40,402 nucleotides of DNA from Octopus bimaculoides (GCF_001194135.2 NC_068982.1:53571122-53611523); one strand, 5' to 3'; counted from the stretch's first letter, positions 11,415 through 23,869 are shown. Numbers and translations: made by a program. Notes: generated by a model not told the origin, from the letters alone.

Positions 11415-11479
11415 CAGTATGTTGTATTAAGCACATACGTACACACTCATCTGTGAAATTATGTACACTATTTATTTTT

Positions 11480-11560
11480 AAAAAGGAGGTGTTTATGCGA
11501 TCGCTCGACCTGATAGCAGCCAGATATCTTTCAAATCACACCCTGCCGTCTTTAAAAATA
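11480..11560 (+). repeat. short interspersed repeat, family E
   Basis: gcgatcgctcgacctgatagcagccagat...caaatcacaccct; a reverse-orientation relative lies at about 33078-33150. Confidence 0.55.
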
Positions 11561-11699
11561 GTGACACATTTTATAGTGTAGTACTAGTTATATTATATCT
11601 AAGAGAATTGAAAGGGGCTCGAAAGATCATAAGATGATTATAGATCTACTCGATCAAGGATGACTAATAGCCAAGGACGGATCATCAAGAATAATCCAA

Positions 11700-12560
11700 A
11701 GCAAAGGATGGATTGAAATCACTACAGAAAGAAGGCTGACTTGATGCAACATGAGCTGACGGGAGAGGCTAAAACAGGGGTTCTCGACCATTTTATTTAA
11801 TCTCTGGCCCCCTATGGTTACTATTTTATTCTGGTGGACCCCAATAGCCATTCGATGCTTACAAACTAGTTTTGGAGAAACTTCTTTCAAAATACCTATT
11901 TTGCTTTTCACACATTAACTTGCGTAGGTTAAACTATGTAAAGTGTCAGAAAAAGGAACCTAGTTATTTATTCTAATACATACCAATACATACATCTAAA
12001 GCAAAATTTATTCAGCGGCCCTTAAAATACTATTGTTGATACCCAATTTACTAGCTTGTTGCATGGGTCCCCAAATGTCTTACATAGACCCTTAGGGACC
12101 ATATGGACTCCAGTTGAAAAACCCACTGGTCTAAAAGAACTGAAGCGGTAATCCCTACGGAGATGCGAAAGGCATGCAGTCATTTATTTACGGAAGATCC
12201 TGGAAGGTCTAACACACAACTTCGGAAGTGAAAGCTATAACTACCAACGAACTGAAGGCCGCTGCATAGAATCAAATATCCCATCCTCAGCATTTAGAGT
12301 AAAGACCCAGTACTATAAGAGCTAACAGCTTAGGTTTCAAGGGTTCACACATTTTCAACACTACCAGACATCCTCAGAGGTCTGTGCGTTGTATATGTGG
12401 ATGCATTCAAAGAATATTTAGAGAAATGCTTTATCTTGAGATACCAGATAAACCCACATTACAGTATGAAACGCAAAAAAAAGAGCAGCTTTGTCCAGCT
12501 TGCTACTTCACCAGAAACAATGCCGGAACAAAAAACCCGGCAAATGAAGGTGGAATAAAA
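11700..12560 (+). mobile_element. CR1-group LINE 3' fragment, split by the MITE at 11775-12128
   Basis: Rejoined halves read MS*RERLKELK..SLRRCERHAVIYLRKILEGLTHNFG...IPDKPTLQ; same family as 23870-24385. Confidence 0.75.
11775..12128 (-). mobile_element. complete hAT (Charlie-like) MITE with 8-bp TSD
   Basis: TIRs caggggttctcgacc and gttgaaaaacccactg; TSD ggctaaaa (11767-11774) and gtctaaaa (12129-12136). Confidence 0.88.
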
Positions 12561-12945
12561 ACCATTCACACTAAGGGTGGTGTCCTAGCTTGGCCTCAGT
12601 CCAGTTGAGTAAATAATACCTACAGCATGAACGAAAAGTGGTATTTTTTGTTGTCTAGCTGATAAGATATTAAATCATCAAAATACGAGAATCTGTAACA
12701 CTAATATTAAAATTAAGTTTCTTCTCGGGCACATCTGCAAGACAACTACATTAAATATAACCTTTCCTTTAAGTTTATTTGTACAACAGCAACTAGCAAT
12801 AAATTCTAATATAGGCAAATTATTTACTTAATATTGCATATGTATAGTTAAAAGTGGCACTTAGAAGAATTTTAGTCGAACGAATCAACTCAAGTAGTTA
12901 TTTTCTTGGTACTTATTTTATCAAGCTCGTTCGCTGATAGTCGGA

Positions 12946-12980
<35 letters not shown>

Positions 12981-13190
12981 GATCATGCACCATCTTTCCA
13001 ACAACTTCGCGCACCTTTTTGAATTCCATATGTCAAACACTTGTGGACATGCCTACAAAATCAAAAAGCAATACAGCACCCATGATTTCGGAAACACTGT
13101 ATCACACTCAGAATTGTTGAAGCATGGAATAAACTACCTGCATCAGTCGTTGGTAGTCGAGACACTCCATCCTTCAAAGCGTCTATGCTT
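12981..13190 (+). mobile_element. CR1-type LINE extreme 3' fragment
   Basis: NTCGHAYKIKKQYSTHDF, then after a shift LRIVEAWNKLPASVVGSRDTPSFK; matches the CR1 ORF2 terminal motif GH..K.....R..FF..R.V..WN.LP..VV....FK. Confidence 0.75.
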
Positions 13191-13254
13191 CCTTTCTTTT
13201 CTTAGTTGTAGTGCACCTGAACACTGTTATACAATTTCTTTCTCTTCGTATATA

Positions 13255-14128
13255 CAGAGTACGACGGGTAAATTGTCACCATTTTATATTTTTAATTTCG
13301 CGCATATGCATTGTTTGTTTTTGATTTTAGCTACTGCATAGTGTAGTAGCGTCCGTTAGGTACCGTCCGTGAGAAAAAACAGTACCATCAGGAAATTCAC
13401 TCTGCCCAAAATTTGGGAATGACATGCTGTACTGCTTGGCATTCGCGCCGGAAACTCCAGATAGTGAACAGAAAAAACGTTGGCTTGCTGTGTCCCCAAA
13501 ACATGTACCCAAAATTATAAAAATCAATCATCCAGTCAACATCAAGGTGTTTGGAGATATCACTAGTGACGGCGACGTTATGCCACTATTCATCCTCCCA
13601 CACGGCCTCGGACTCAACACAGAAGCCTACATCAAATGCCTGGAGGAAGTAGTAGTGCCCTGGGGGAAGAGGGTGGCTGCTGGAAGACCCTATGTCTGGC
13701 AACAAGACTCTGCACCGTGCCACACAAGCAGAACCCAATCATGGCTGTTAGACAATTTAGGTGACCACATCACCCCTAACATCTGGCCACCTAACTCCTC
13801 AGACTGCAACCCTCTTGATTATTATGTGTGGGGCGCAGTTGAGCGAGAGACCAACAAAACTACTTGTAACACCAAAGAAGAACTAAAGGCAAGGATTATG
13901 GCAGCATTCACTAACTTAAACAAGAAGACCGTCCAGAAGAGTTGCAGGAGATTCCGAAGTCGTCTGGAGACTGTGGTTGAAACCAATGTCGATTTTATTG
14001 AATAAATTTGCTCTCTAGCATTTCAAGATATTTTAATGTAATTTTGGTAAATATATCTGTTAAAATGAGATATCAGTGTTCTTATCATTTTTGCATAATT
14101 TAGACGACAATTTATTTACCGTACCGTG
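13255..14128 (+). mobile_element. Tc1/mariner maT-like (DD37D) element with internal deletion; transposase pseudogene at 13424-14005
   Basis: YVWQQDSAPCH...WPPNSSDCNPLDYYVWG; 36 residues between the 2nd and 3rd Asp (37 if one codon was lost); imperfect TIRs sharing gtacg...taaattgtc with TA flanks; first catalytic Asp region deleted. Confidence 0.85.
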
Positions 14129-14132
14129 TATA

Positions 14133-14475
14133 CACAGGGTGCGGTCAATCATGGCCTGAATCTCACCAACAAATTCAGGAGTTCTTTTTCTTATCAGAAC
14201 GATTAGAGTGAGTTTTTCGAGCTGCCACACCCTCGTAATCACCATTAAGTTCATCCAGCTCTTTCCGAATGTTTGTATTGGAGCTTCCGGCGCGAATGCC
14301 AAGCTATACACCATGTCGTTTCCAAATTTCTGGCAGAGTAAACTGCGTCATGGTGCTGTTTTTCTCACAGATGGTGCCCAACTGACTCTACTACACTGTA
14401 GTCGACAAGATAAAAAAAAAAACAATGCACATGCGCGAAATTAAAAATATAAAATAGAGGTAATTTACCCATCGC

Positions 14476-14480
<5 letters not shown>
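14133..14480 (-). mobile_element. maT-like 5' fragment in inverted orientation
   Basis: Terminus agggtgcgatgggtaaattac on the minus strand, short cagggtgcg at the other end; reads WKRHGV*LGIRAGSSNTNIRKELDELNGDYEGVAARKTHSNRSDKK; homologous to 13255-13450. Confidence 0.75.
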
Positions 14481-14516
<36 letters not shown>

Positions 14517-15179
14517 GACAGGCTTCTTTCAGATTCTGTTTTTTAAATATACTCAAAATAGTAGAAGATTCGACCCGAAATCATGTGGTTGGAAGCAAAC
14601 TTCTAACCACACACTCACACCTATGGAAAAACTTACGTTTTAGCATAATGGTCACTCTGTGTGCGTGTATGTGTGTATGTGTGTGCATGCCACTTATATC
14701 TGCTGCGCATGAACAGTGGATCATGATTCCCAATTTTAAAATATAAATTTAAAGTAAAATACATTAAATTAGGATTGAGACCATAGAGGATAATGCATTT
14801 TACTCGTACAACGCAATGCTAATGAGATGCAAATAATTTGAATATATGAACTTCCAGACAAGAACTCAGTACCAAGTAGACTGTCTAATACCTGGACCGC
14901 TATTTAGCTCCCTGGAAATCATTCGACTTTGATGGCATTAATCCTTTAAGTTCCGAGAGATTTCATTTGAGTTCAACGTCTAAGTAAATGAAACTACAGT
15001 ATTTTCTTTATTTACTAATATACACTTTTAAAAGGATGAAAAAAAAAAAAGAAAAAAAGGGAGAAAATAGGAGTGGGGGAAAAGCAGCGGAAGACGTGGG
15101 GGAACAAGTGGGATGCTCAGACGCGCCTCGCGGTGATGACGGCGGTAGCGTTGCACGGGAAATAGCCGACGTCACTCAC

Positions 15180-15228
15180 CGCAGTAGCCATTCCACCTCG
15201 CGTTGCTCATTTCTTCGACGGGTCGCAT
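15180..15228 (-). CDS. candidate first coding exon, product unknown (MRPVEEMSNARWNGYC+G, phase 1; or MATA, phase 0, from ATG 15191)
   Basis: Donor CTGCG|GTGAGT at 15180/15179 followed by a pyrimidine-rich intron start; ATGs at 15228, 15210 and 15191 (the last in strong Kozak context GGAATGG); in-frame stops lie upstream of each frame. Confidence 0.4.
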
Positions 15229-15530
15229 TTATCCCTGTTCTACGGAGGAAATCGGTAACACGGGGTCCTAGATCACTTGACGTCTCAGTAACGAATGGCA
15301 CAAGCCGATAACGGCCGGCAAAGCTCCTGTAACTGATGATAACCCTCTTCCCATTCAAGGGAAGGTGGGAACCCTAGTTTGAGACGTGAAGTACTGCGAC
15401 TTCAACTTCAATAATTTGCCGCAATCCTCGGTATTCAAGGTCCTCGAGATAAAACATCTTAAAGAAGTTCGGCTGGACCAATAACTTTGGTGTTAAGCAT
15501 TTCACCTAATTACTAATCCAATCATTTAAT
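15180..15530 (-). promoter_or_regulatory. CpG-rich promoter / 5' exon region of an unidentified minus-strand gene
   Basis: About 20 CpG in 15121-15300 (hand count) in otherwise CpG-poor DNA; two CCAAT boxes 40 bp apart (15478-15482, 15518-15522); CRE-like TGACGTC near 15279 and 15168; not similar to any repeat in the window. Confidence 0.6.
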
Positions 15531-16069
15531 TATTTGGGTTTACAAGAACTTGGATTTCGAATTTTACGAAATTTATGAAATTTTAGAACGAATATAATGA
15601 AATTCATAGCTGTATATGCGGATGAAAATGAACACATGCAGACGCAACGACGTATCCAGGCGCGTGTATACACTTTCAAATACGCACGCATGCACACACA
15701 CACATGCACACACACACAAACAAACACACACACACAAACACACACGCGCATTCACTCAATATGTAGACGTACAGACTTTCTGTTAACAGGTACTAATAGA
15801 TGTACGAATACAGATATTCGCTGGAATTCAGCAAATATGAATCATAATATTTATATGTGTATGTGTGTGTGCGTTACAATGGGGGTAGCTGATGAAGGAA
15901 AATGTTCTCTATGTAGCCTGTGTGTTTTCTGTACTCTGGTTATTATTATTTTTTCGTCTACGTTTTGTTTGCAATGACCTGTACCCAGATATGCACCTAT
16001 ATATACAGGTAGACGTAAATATGCACATACCTGTACGTATATATGCATATACTCATTTATTATTTGTTT

Positions 16070-16102
<33 letters not shown>

Positions 16103-16151
16103 CGAGAGAGAGATAGATAAATAGATAGATAGACACACATATACACATGTG

Positions 16152-16182
<31 letters not shown>

Positions 16183-16298
16183 ATATATATATATATNNNN
16201 NNNNNNNNNNNNNNNNNNNNNNNNNNNNNNNNNNNNNNNNNNNNNNNNNNNNNNNNNAGAGAGAGAGAGAGAGAGAGATAGATAGATAGATAGCTAGT

Positions 16299-16354
<56 letters not shown>

Positions 16355-16441
16355 CACACATATATAATACATAGACACACACAGATATATATATATATAC
16401 ATACATACATATGTACGTGCATATAAACATTCATGTATACA

Positions 16442-16472
<31 letters not shown>

Positions 16473-16598
16473 GTATACACACATACACACACATAAACAT
16501 GTATGAACAAAAACTTAAGATAAGAAGACATTTGCTTATAAAGTAAATGGGATCAGGCATGTTAGTGCTCTTTAAGTGTTTGTAATTTCCACATCTAA

Positions 16599-16629
<31 letters not shown>

Positions 16630-16727
16630 GATAACATTCATAACAGCAAAATAATTACAAACGTAACATTAGCATTCTATATGCGTATGTGAGTGTAAAA
16701 ATATGTGTGTGTGTGTGTGTGTGTGTA

Positions 16728-16776
<49 letters not shown>

Positions 16777-17176
16777 NNNNNNNNNNNNNNNNNNNNNNNN
16801 NNNNNNNNNNNNNNNNNNNNNNNNNNNNNNNNNNNNNNNNNNNNNNNNNNNNNNNNNNNNNNNNNNNNNNNNNNNNNNNNNNNNNNNNNNNNNNNNNNNN
16901 NNNNNNNNNNNNNNNNNNNNNNNNNNNNNNNNNNNNNNNNNNNNNNNNNNNNNNNNNNNNNNNNNNNNNNNNNNNNNNNNNNNNNNNNNNNNNNNNNNNN
17001 NNNNNNNNNNNNNNNNNNNNNNNNNNNNNNNNNNNNNNNNNNNNNNNNNNNNNNNNNNNNNNNNNNNNNNNNNNNNNNNNNNNNNNNNNNNNNNNNNNNN
17101 NNNNNNNNNNNNNNNNNNNNNNNNNNNNNNNNNNNNNNNNNNNNNNNNNNNNNNNNNNNNNNNNNNNNNNNNNNNN

Positions 17177-17221
<45 letters not shown>

Positions 17222-18801
17222 ATGTATGTATGGATGCATATATATGCATATATAAATATATATATGCTTGTGTGTGTGTGTGTATACCTAAAAATATATA
17301 TGTATATGTATATGTTTGTATGTGTGTAAGTGTGTGTGTAATCATTATTTTCTTCTCGCTCTTTCTCTTTTTGTTCTTTTCTGCATTCTTTTTAGGTAAA
17401 CATGCGTGTACACACACACACGTACGCACGCACATACACATAGACAGACACACACACGCACACACACTCATGCTCACACATGCACACACGATCAGTTACA
17501 ATATTATCTTAGTTACGAAACCTCGCAACCAAGTATCTCATTTAACCTATTATCAGAGTCTATTGTTTTCGCCTCTGTTTATATTGTATTTATATCCTAT
17601 ATTCCTTTACTCGTTTGAGTCATCAGGTTGTGGCCAGACTTTGGACTGCCATCATATATTAATTAGTTACATTATCCCCCCCACCTATATGTATATATAA
17701 GCTATCAACGATGAAATAATGAACGGTAGAGTGGATCGGTGGTGGATTTTGAAATTTAGTAGGAGACCAGCAATTGTAGGGTGGCAATCGATTACATTGA
17801 CCCAGTAGTCGAATGGTACTCATTTCATCGACCCCGAAAGGATGAAATGGAAAGTCGACCCTGGTGGTATTTGAGCTCGCAACGTGAAGAAGGACGAAAT
17901 GCCGGTAAGCATTTTGCCCGACGCGGTAACGATTCTGCCAGCTCACCGCCTAAATGTATATTGCTTTCAAATTTTGGTACAAAGCTGGCAATTCCAGGGA
18001 TGGGGTACGTCGATCATATCGACCACTGGGGGTCGATATTCAAGTTTTACTTATTTTATTGATCCCAAAATGAATTAAAGATAAAGTCGATCTCGGCAGA
18101 ATTTGAACTCAGAATATAAGGACAGTTGAAATGTTACTAAGCATTTTACTCGGCCTGCTAACGATTCTGTCAGCTCGTCGCGTTAGTGAACGTAATATAT
18201 TACAAAGAGAATGGATAGCTAAAGCTCATAAAGAGGTAATATAATCCACTAAACAGTAAATAAATAGTAGGAGTGAAACCCAGTTTGAAATAGATCCGCA
18301 GGCCAAGTTCTCTTGTTGGTCTTCGTAGTCAAACGATATACACCACAGCTCAGGGTAAGATCACTCGAAAGTGCTCTGAGTTCAATCGTCACTAAAGGTA
18401 GCATTTCAAAAACAGAAGCACGATACCCAGAAGTCCTGATCTAGGTGAGCCCAGCTGCTTTAGAGTGACGGGATCAGGCTGAAACACTTACTTGATGATG
18501 ATGAAAATGATGATGAAGTCGATGATAATGAATTTATCAAGGGAAGCCGGACTTATAGCAACATCTTTGACTGGTTACTGGTTATATACCCAAGACTTTT
18601 TTGCACATTTCATCAGTAATTCAAATGATTGCGATTAATACGTAACCCTGGGCTTCCTGAAATAGCTGTCGAGTTTTCAAGTTACATATTTTATTCTATG
18701 ACTTATTTTGTGCTCCATGCAAATATATTTATATCAACCTGAACTCTGTTTATCTCCATTACTACAGCTCTTTCGCTCTCTCTCTTTCTCTTTCTCCCAA
18801 C

Positions 18802-18833
<32 letters not shown>

Positions 18834-19039
18834 ATGTGTGTGTGTGTGTGTGATCAAACAGACTCAAAAGAGGCTGGTGTTGTAGTAAAATCAATAAAAA
18901 TACGTACAGTATACTTGCCGTGAGGAGTGGCAAATTCAACATTTTAAACGGAGTTCCTCTTCATGGAAAAATTGAAATGGGAGAAATTAATGAGAGACGG
19001 TAGTTTCATATTCTCGAGGTAGCAACAAATAAATTTGTC

Positions 19040-19153
19040 AACTTCAGTCCTTCAGTTTTTCTTAGCTCTGTAAAAGAACTCGGAAGGCTGTGCCCGGCAA
19101 CCAGGCCTTTCGCAACACCCTTAAAGCCAGAAACTTCTCAGCACTCCTCGTAT
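19040..19153 (-). mobile_element. mariner-derived MITE end fragment
   Basis: Minus strand TA-cgaggagtgctgagaagtttctggcttt resembles a mariner TIR (cgagggg...aaaagtt). Confidence 0.5.
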
Positions 19154-19179
19154 GTTCATATATGCTAACATAGTGTGCC

Positions 19180-19733
19180 GTGNNNNNNNNNNNNNNNNNN
19201 NNNNNNNNNNNNNNNNNNNNNNNNNNNNNNNNNNNNNNNNNNNNNNNNNNNNNNNNNNNNNNNNNNNNNNNNNNNNNNNNNNNNNNNNNNNNNNNNNNNN
19301 NNNNNNNNNNNNNNNNNNNNNNNNNNNNNNNNNNNNNNNNNNNNNNNNNNNNNNNNNNNNNNNNNNNNNNNNNNNNNNNNNNNNNNNNNNNNNNNNAGGA
19401 TCGCGGTTTCGATTCCCAGACCAGGCGTTGTGAATGTCTATTGAGCGAAAACACTTAAAGCTCCACGCGGCTCCGGCAGGGGATGGTGGTGAATCCTGCT
19501 GTACTCTTCCACCACAACTTTCTCTCACTCTTTCTTCCTGTTTCTGTTGTACCTGTAATTCAAAGGGTCAGCCTTGTCACACTGTGTCACGCTGAATATC
19601 CCCGAGAACTACGTTAAGGGTACACGTGTCTGTGGAGTGCTCAGCCACTTGCACGTTAATTTCACGAGTAGGCTGTTCCGTTGATCGGATCGACTGGAAC
19701 CCTCGACGTCGTAAGCGACGGAGTGCCAACAAC
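19180..19733 (+). mobile_element. SINE family A, young copy spanning an assembly gap
   Basis: gtg start before the gap, body resumes at 19398; 13-bp TSD aacatagtgtgcc (19167-19179 and 19734-19746). Confidence 0.9.
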
Positions 19734-21624
19734 AACATAGTGTGCCACAGACATCAAATTTACTTGCCATTTAAACATGCTACTAGTCTGGGTGCAGCCG
19801 TTCTGTACCAGAGAAAACTCATTTTCAGGTGAGAAAATTGGATCAACCAGGAATAAGGCGTCTCATCTTCTCTAAACGCTTGGCCACACGCCTTCACGTA
19901 TATGTGTATTTAGACTTGCATACATACCTACATACACGTGTGTGCGCATATACAAACATAAAGTTAAATATAAAGGGCGATGTGTTTTAATCGCAGAATA
20001 CAAATTCAAATTAAATCAGTTGCAAAAACTCCACCACAACTATTTATATATATGTGCGAGTACGTGTTTGTGTAAATGTGTGTGTAGGCGCATACACGTC
20101 CGCGTGCACACACACACACACAAATAGATATACACATACACACGAATACACAAATACATGGGGTAGGGGTGAATGAATGTTGATGCGTATATATGTGCCT
20201 GTTAGTGTGTTTTGTGCTTTGTGTGTGTGTGTGTGTTTGTGTGTGTGTATGTGTGTGTGTGTGTGTGTGTGCATGCGTGTGTTGTGAGACAGGCACCAGA
20301 TAGATGGTAGATAGATAGGTAGATAGATAGATAGATACGTACGTACGAATACACAGCAAAACGCAAATGAGATAGCCAGGAAGGCACAGAGAGAATGAGA
20401 GATAAATTATGTGAAAGTGGATAAAAAAAAGAGACGTGATGGTAAATAAATTGCATGAAAAATAGAATATTCTGATACCCTGATGGCACTTGAAATATGT
20501 AATTTTTAGATGACCTGATTATAAGTATAAATAAATCCATATCATACCGCTATCTTTATATTCATCAATCTAACACTCTATTTCGCTTCTTTTAAAACAT
20601 TTTACACTTCCCCTATGTTTATATGTTTATGTAGAATTGCTATCTGGTAGAGTCACTTTCGTGTCGGGACAAATGCTCGGCACCATTTCTTCCGGCTCTT
20701 TATGTTCTGAGCTCAAATCTCGCCGAGGTCAAATTTGCTTTTTATTCTTTTGGGATCGGTAAAACAAAAAATACCAGTCAAGCACTAGGATCAATGTAAT
20801 CGACTAGCCCTCCCACCCCACCCCGCCTCCTCAACATGTCAGACATTTTGCCGTTATTAGAAAATTTAAATTTCTGTGCGAATGTGCACGGTGCCAAATA
20901 TATACGCNNNNNNNNNNNNNNNNNNNNNNNNNNNNNNNNNNNNNNNNNNNNNNNNNNNNNNNNNNNNNNNNNNNNNNNNNNNNNNNNNNNNNNNNNNNNN
21001 NNNNNNNNNNNNNNNNNNNNNNNNNNNNNNNNNNNNNNNNNNNNNNNNNNNNNNNNNNNNNNNNNNNNNNNNNNNNNNNNNNNNNNNNNNNNNNNNNNNN
21101 NNNNNNNNNNNNNNNNNNNNNNNNNNNNNNNNNNNNNNNNNNNNNNNNNNNNNNNNNNNNNNNNNNNNNNNNNNNNNNNNNNNNNNNNNNNNNNNNNNNN
21201 NNNNNNNNNNNNNNNNNNNNNNNNNNNNNNNNNNNNNNNNNNNNNNNNNNNNNNNNNNNNNNNNNNNNNNNNNNNNNNNNNNNNNNNNNNNNNNNNNNNN
21301 NNNNNNNNNNNNNNNNNNNNNNNNNNNNNNNNNNNNNNNNNNNNNNNNNNNNNNNNNNNNNNNNNNNNNNNNNNNNNNNNNNNNNNNNNNNNNNNNNNNN
21401 NNNNNNNNNNNNNNNNNNNNNNNNNNNNNNNNNNNNNNNNNNNNNNNNNNNNNNNNNNNNNNNNNNNNNNNNNNNNNNNNNNNNNNNNNNNNNNNNNNNN
21501 NNNNNNNNNNNNNNNNNNNNNNNNNNNNNNNNNNNNNNNNNNNNNNNNNNNNNNNNNNNNNNNNNNNNNNNNNNNNNNNNNNNNNNNNNNNNNNNNNNNN
21601 NNNNNNNNNNNNNNNNNNNNNNNN

Positions 21625-21659
<35 letters not shown>

Positions 21660-21664
<5 letters not shown>

Positions 21665-22516
21665 CTGAGTAAAAAGTAAGCAGCGTTTTGAAACATGAAA
21701 TTCATCATAACATATTTCAACAATGCGGAAATTTTATTCATCAAAGTTGGTACCATTACAATCAACACATTTTTGCCAACGAGTTACAAGTTTCTTTATT
21801 CCGGTAACATAGAAATCTGGAGTTCTGGAGCTGATAAACTCTTTGAACGCACCCTCAGCATCGGTTTGATTTTTGAACTCATTCTCTCGCAGGGAACTAT
21901 CAAGGTGTTTTAAACAAGTGATAGTTGGTAACAGAAAGCTCTGAGGAAAAGGCTGGATGAGGAAGAACTTCGTAGCCAAGTTTTCTCAACTTCTAGGGCG
22001 CCATTAATGAAACGTGTGGTCAAGCATTGTCATGTAGAATGATTGGCCCTCTTCTGTTGACCAGTCTGGGGCAGAGGAGTAATAGTTTTTCGTTCATTTT
22101 GGCAATTTCATGGAAACATGTTTCTGCAGTAATGATTTTTCTGGGTTTTAAGAAGTTATAGTAGTTGAAACCAGCAAGTCTGAGTAGCTAATTTTCCCCA
22201 TTTTAACAGCGCTTCCCCCTTCAAACAAGGGGGACCGTGTTAACAAAACTGTCGTAAAGCAGCTAAAACAAGTGTCTTAAGACACAACAATTAATAACAA
22301 ATATAACTTAAACTAACCTTTCGCACGAACAAAATTCACGATGAACTCGGTCTGAAATGATTGTAACAAAGATGAAAAAAATCAATGTTAATTCATTGAT
22401 GGATTTGCGCGAGTTTGTATTGCAGAAAAATGTTTAACAAAAATTCAAAACTCTGCAAAAATCCGACACAAATTCTTCATGGTTCAAAAGCGTTGCTTAC
22501 TTTTTATTCAACCTGA
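21660..22516 (-). mobile_element. mariner (DD34D) element with internal deletion and both TIRs
   Basis: TIRs taaggctgagtaaaaagtaagcagcg and the reverse complement tcaggttgaataaaaagtaagcaacg, TA flanks; transposase end PILLHDNA..H...GYEVLPHP...YHLFKHL...FYVTGIKKLVTRWQKCVDCNG. Confidence 0.88.
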
Positions 22517-22529
22517 TATATATATTTAG

Positions 22530-22590
<61 letters not shown>

Positions 22591-22631
22591 NNNNNNNNNN
22601 NNNNNNNNNNNNNNNNNNNNNNNNNNNNNNN

Positions 22632-22692
<61 letters not shown>

Positions 22693-23203
22693 GAGGTGAA
22701 TTATAGTAATTTACCTAATGGTAATTTGATATGCGTCGCAACATTTAAAGAATTCTACATGGATAGTGATAGATTGAATCTGATTAGGACCAGAGAAATG
22801 TTGAAATTTGGAACCGATTACATATATCTGCAATTAGGAATTTTTATTAAGAATTAATTTGCAACAAAACTGATTACATCTTAGTGGTTGTTATTAATGT
22901 AAGCAATAAAATCCTTGTAGTTATTGTAGACATTAAAAATCACAAACAAGCATTATATTTTTTACTTCTGAGTAAGGTCTAAAATGCAAGAAAAGTCTCT
23001 CACGTTATCTTTGCTTAGATAAGTAGTTCTGAATTATCTACATTTATTTTATTTAATTGTTTTTTTTTTTGTTACCTATGAACCCCTTCGATTAATATTT
23101 TACTCTGGTGGACTTCCATAGGCATTCGATGCCTGTTGTACATTTATGATTAAATATTATTAGCAATTGTGGCTGTGTGGCAAGAAGTTTACTGCCAATC
23201 TCA

Positions 23204-23403
23204 AAGTTCGTATTATTTATGTAACGCACATTACCTCTAACATCCGGCCACCTAACTCCCCAGACTGCAACCCCTTGATTATTATGTGTGGGGCGCAGTT
23301 GAACAAGAGAGCAACAAAACTCCCTGTAGCACCAAAGATGAACTGAAGGCAAGAATTATGGCAGCATTCACCAGCTTAAACAAGGAGACCTTCTGAAAGA
23401 GTT
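23204..23403 (+). mobile_element. isolated internal fragment of the maT-like transposase between 133-bp direct repeats
   Basis: HITSNIRPPNSPDCNPLDYYVWGAVEQESNKTPCSTKDELKARIMAAFTSLNKET, close to 13760-13935; no TIRs. Confidence 0.85.
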
Positions 23404-23869
23404 GTTACCTATGAACCCCTTCGATTATTATTTTACTCTGGTGGACTTCCATAGGCATTCGATGCCTGTTGTAAATTTATGATTAAATATTATTAGCAAT
23501 TGTGTCTGTGTGACAAGAAGTTTGCTGCCAATCTCATAGGTTTTTATCTCACTGCGTGGCACCTTCTGCAGGAGAATGGAGATTTGCACATCGATGATTT
23601 ATTTTACAGTTGTTTACAGCATACTACCATGACCTACACATGTTTCCACTAAAGCGATTGTACACTGTTGCAGATGCAACCATGCAATTTTGTCAGTGTA
23701 GTTTCAGTAGGGTATTTGAATTAAACTGGATGAAGAAAATGTTTTTTGTTTAGTGCTCATTATGCACATTACCAAGATGGCACCAAAGTACAGATAACTA
23801 GCAGGATGGATACTGAGGTCCTTCAATACAAGAAAGCAAGAAACTATGTTGGCCCTGTGGAGAATCTTT

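Noticed and set aside
10021-11446. Long ORFs (471, 438 and 358 aa) with Thr-, Val- or Leu-rich, mucin-like ends
   Set aside because: They are translations of (TAG)n and (CA)n microsatellites bridged by a 953-N gap.
13424-14005. 193-aa ORF as a functional or domesticated transposase
   Set aside because: An internal deletion removes the DNA-binding region and first catalytic Asp, and the N-terminus is out of frame with the original protein.
15180-15228. Naming the gene from MSNARWNGYC(G) (septin GYVG or ABCC FCG resemblance)
   Set aside because: The peptide is too short, the resemblance is only 2-3 residues, and the reading frame itself is uncertain.
14988-15311. Plus-strand 107-aa ORF over the CpG island
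   Set aside because: It starts in an A-rich tract, has no recognisable domain or splice support, and is the antisense of the better supported minus-strand exon.
19750-19835. Plus-strand exon ending ttttcag|gtgaga
   Set aside because: The acceptor is weak, and the reverse strand looks like an old tRNA-headed repeat (gtggccaagcgtttag).
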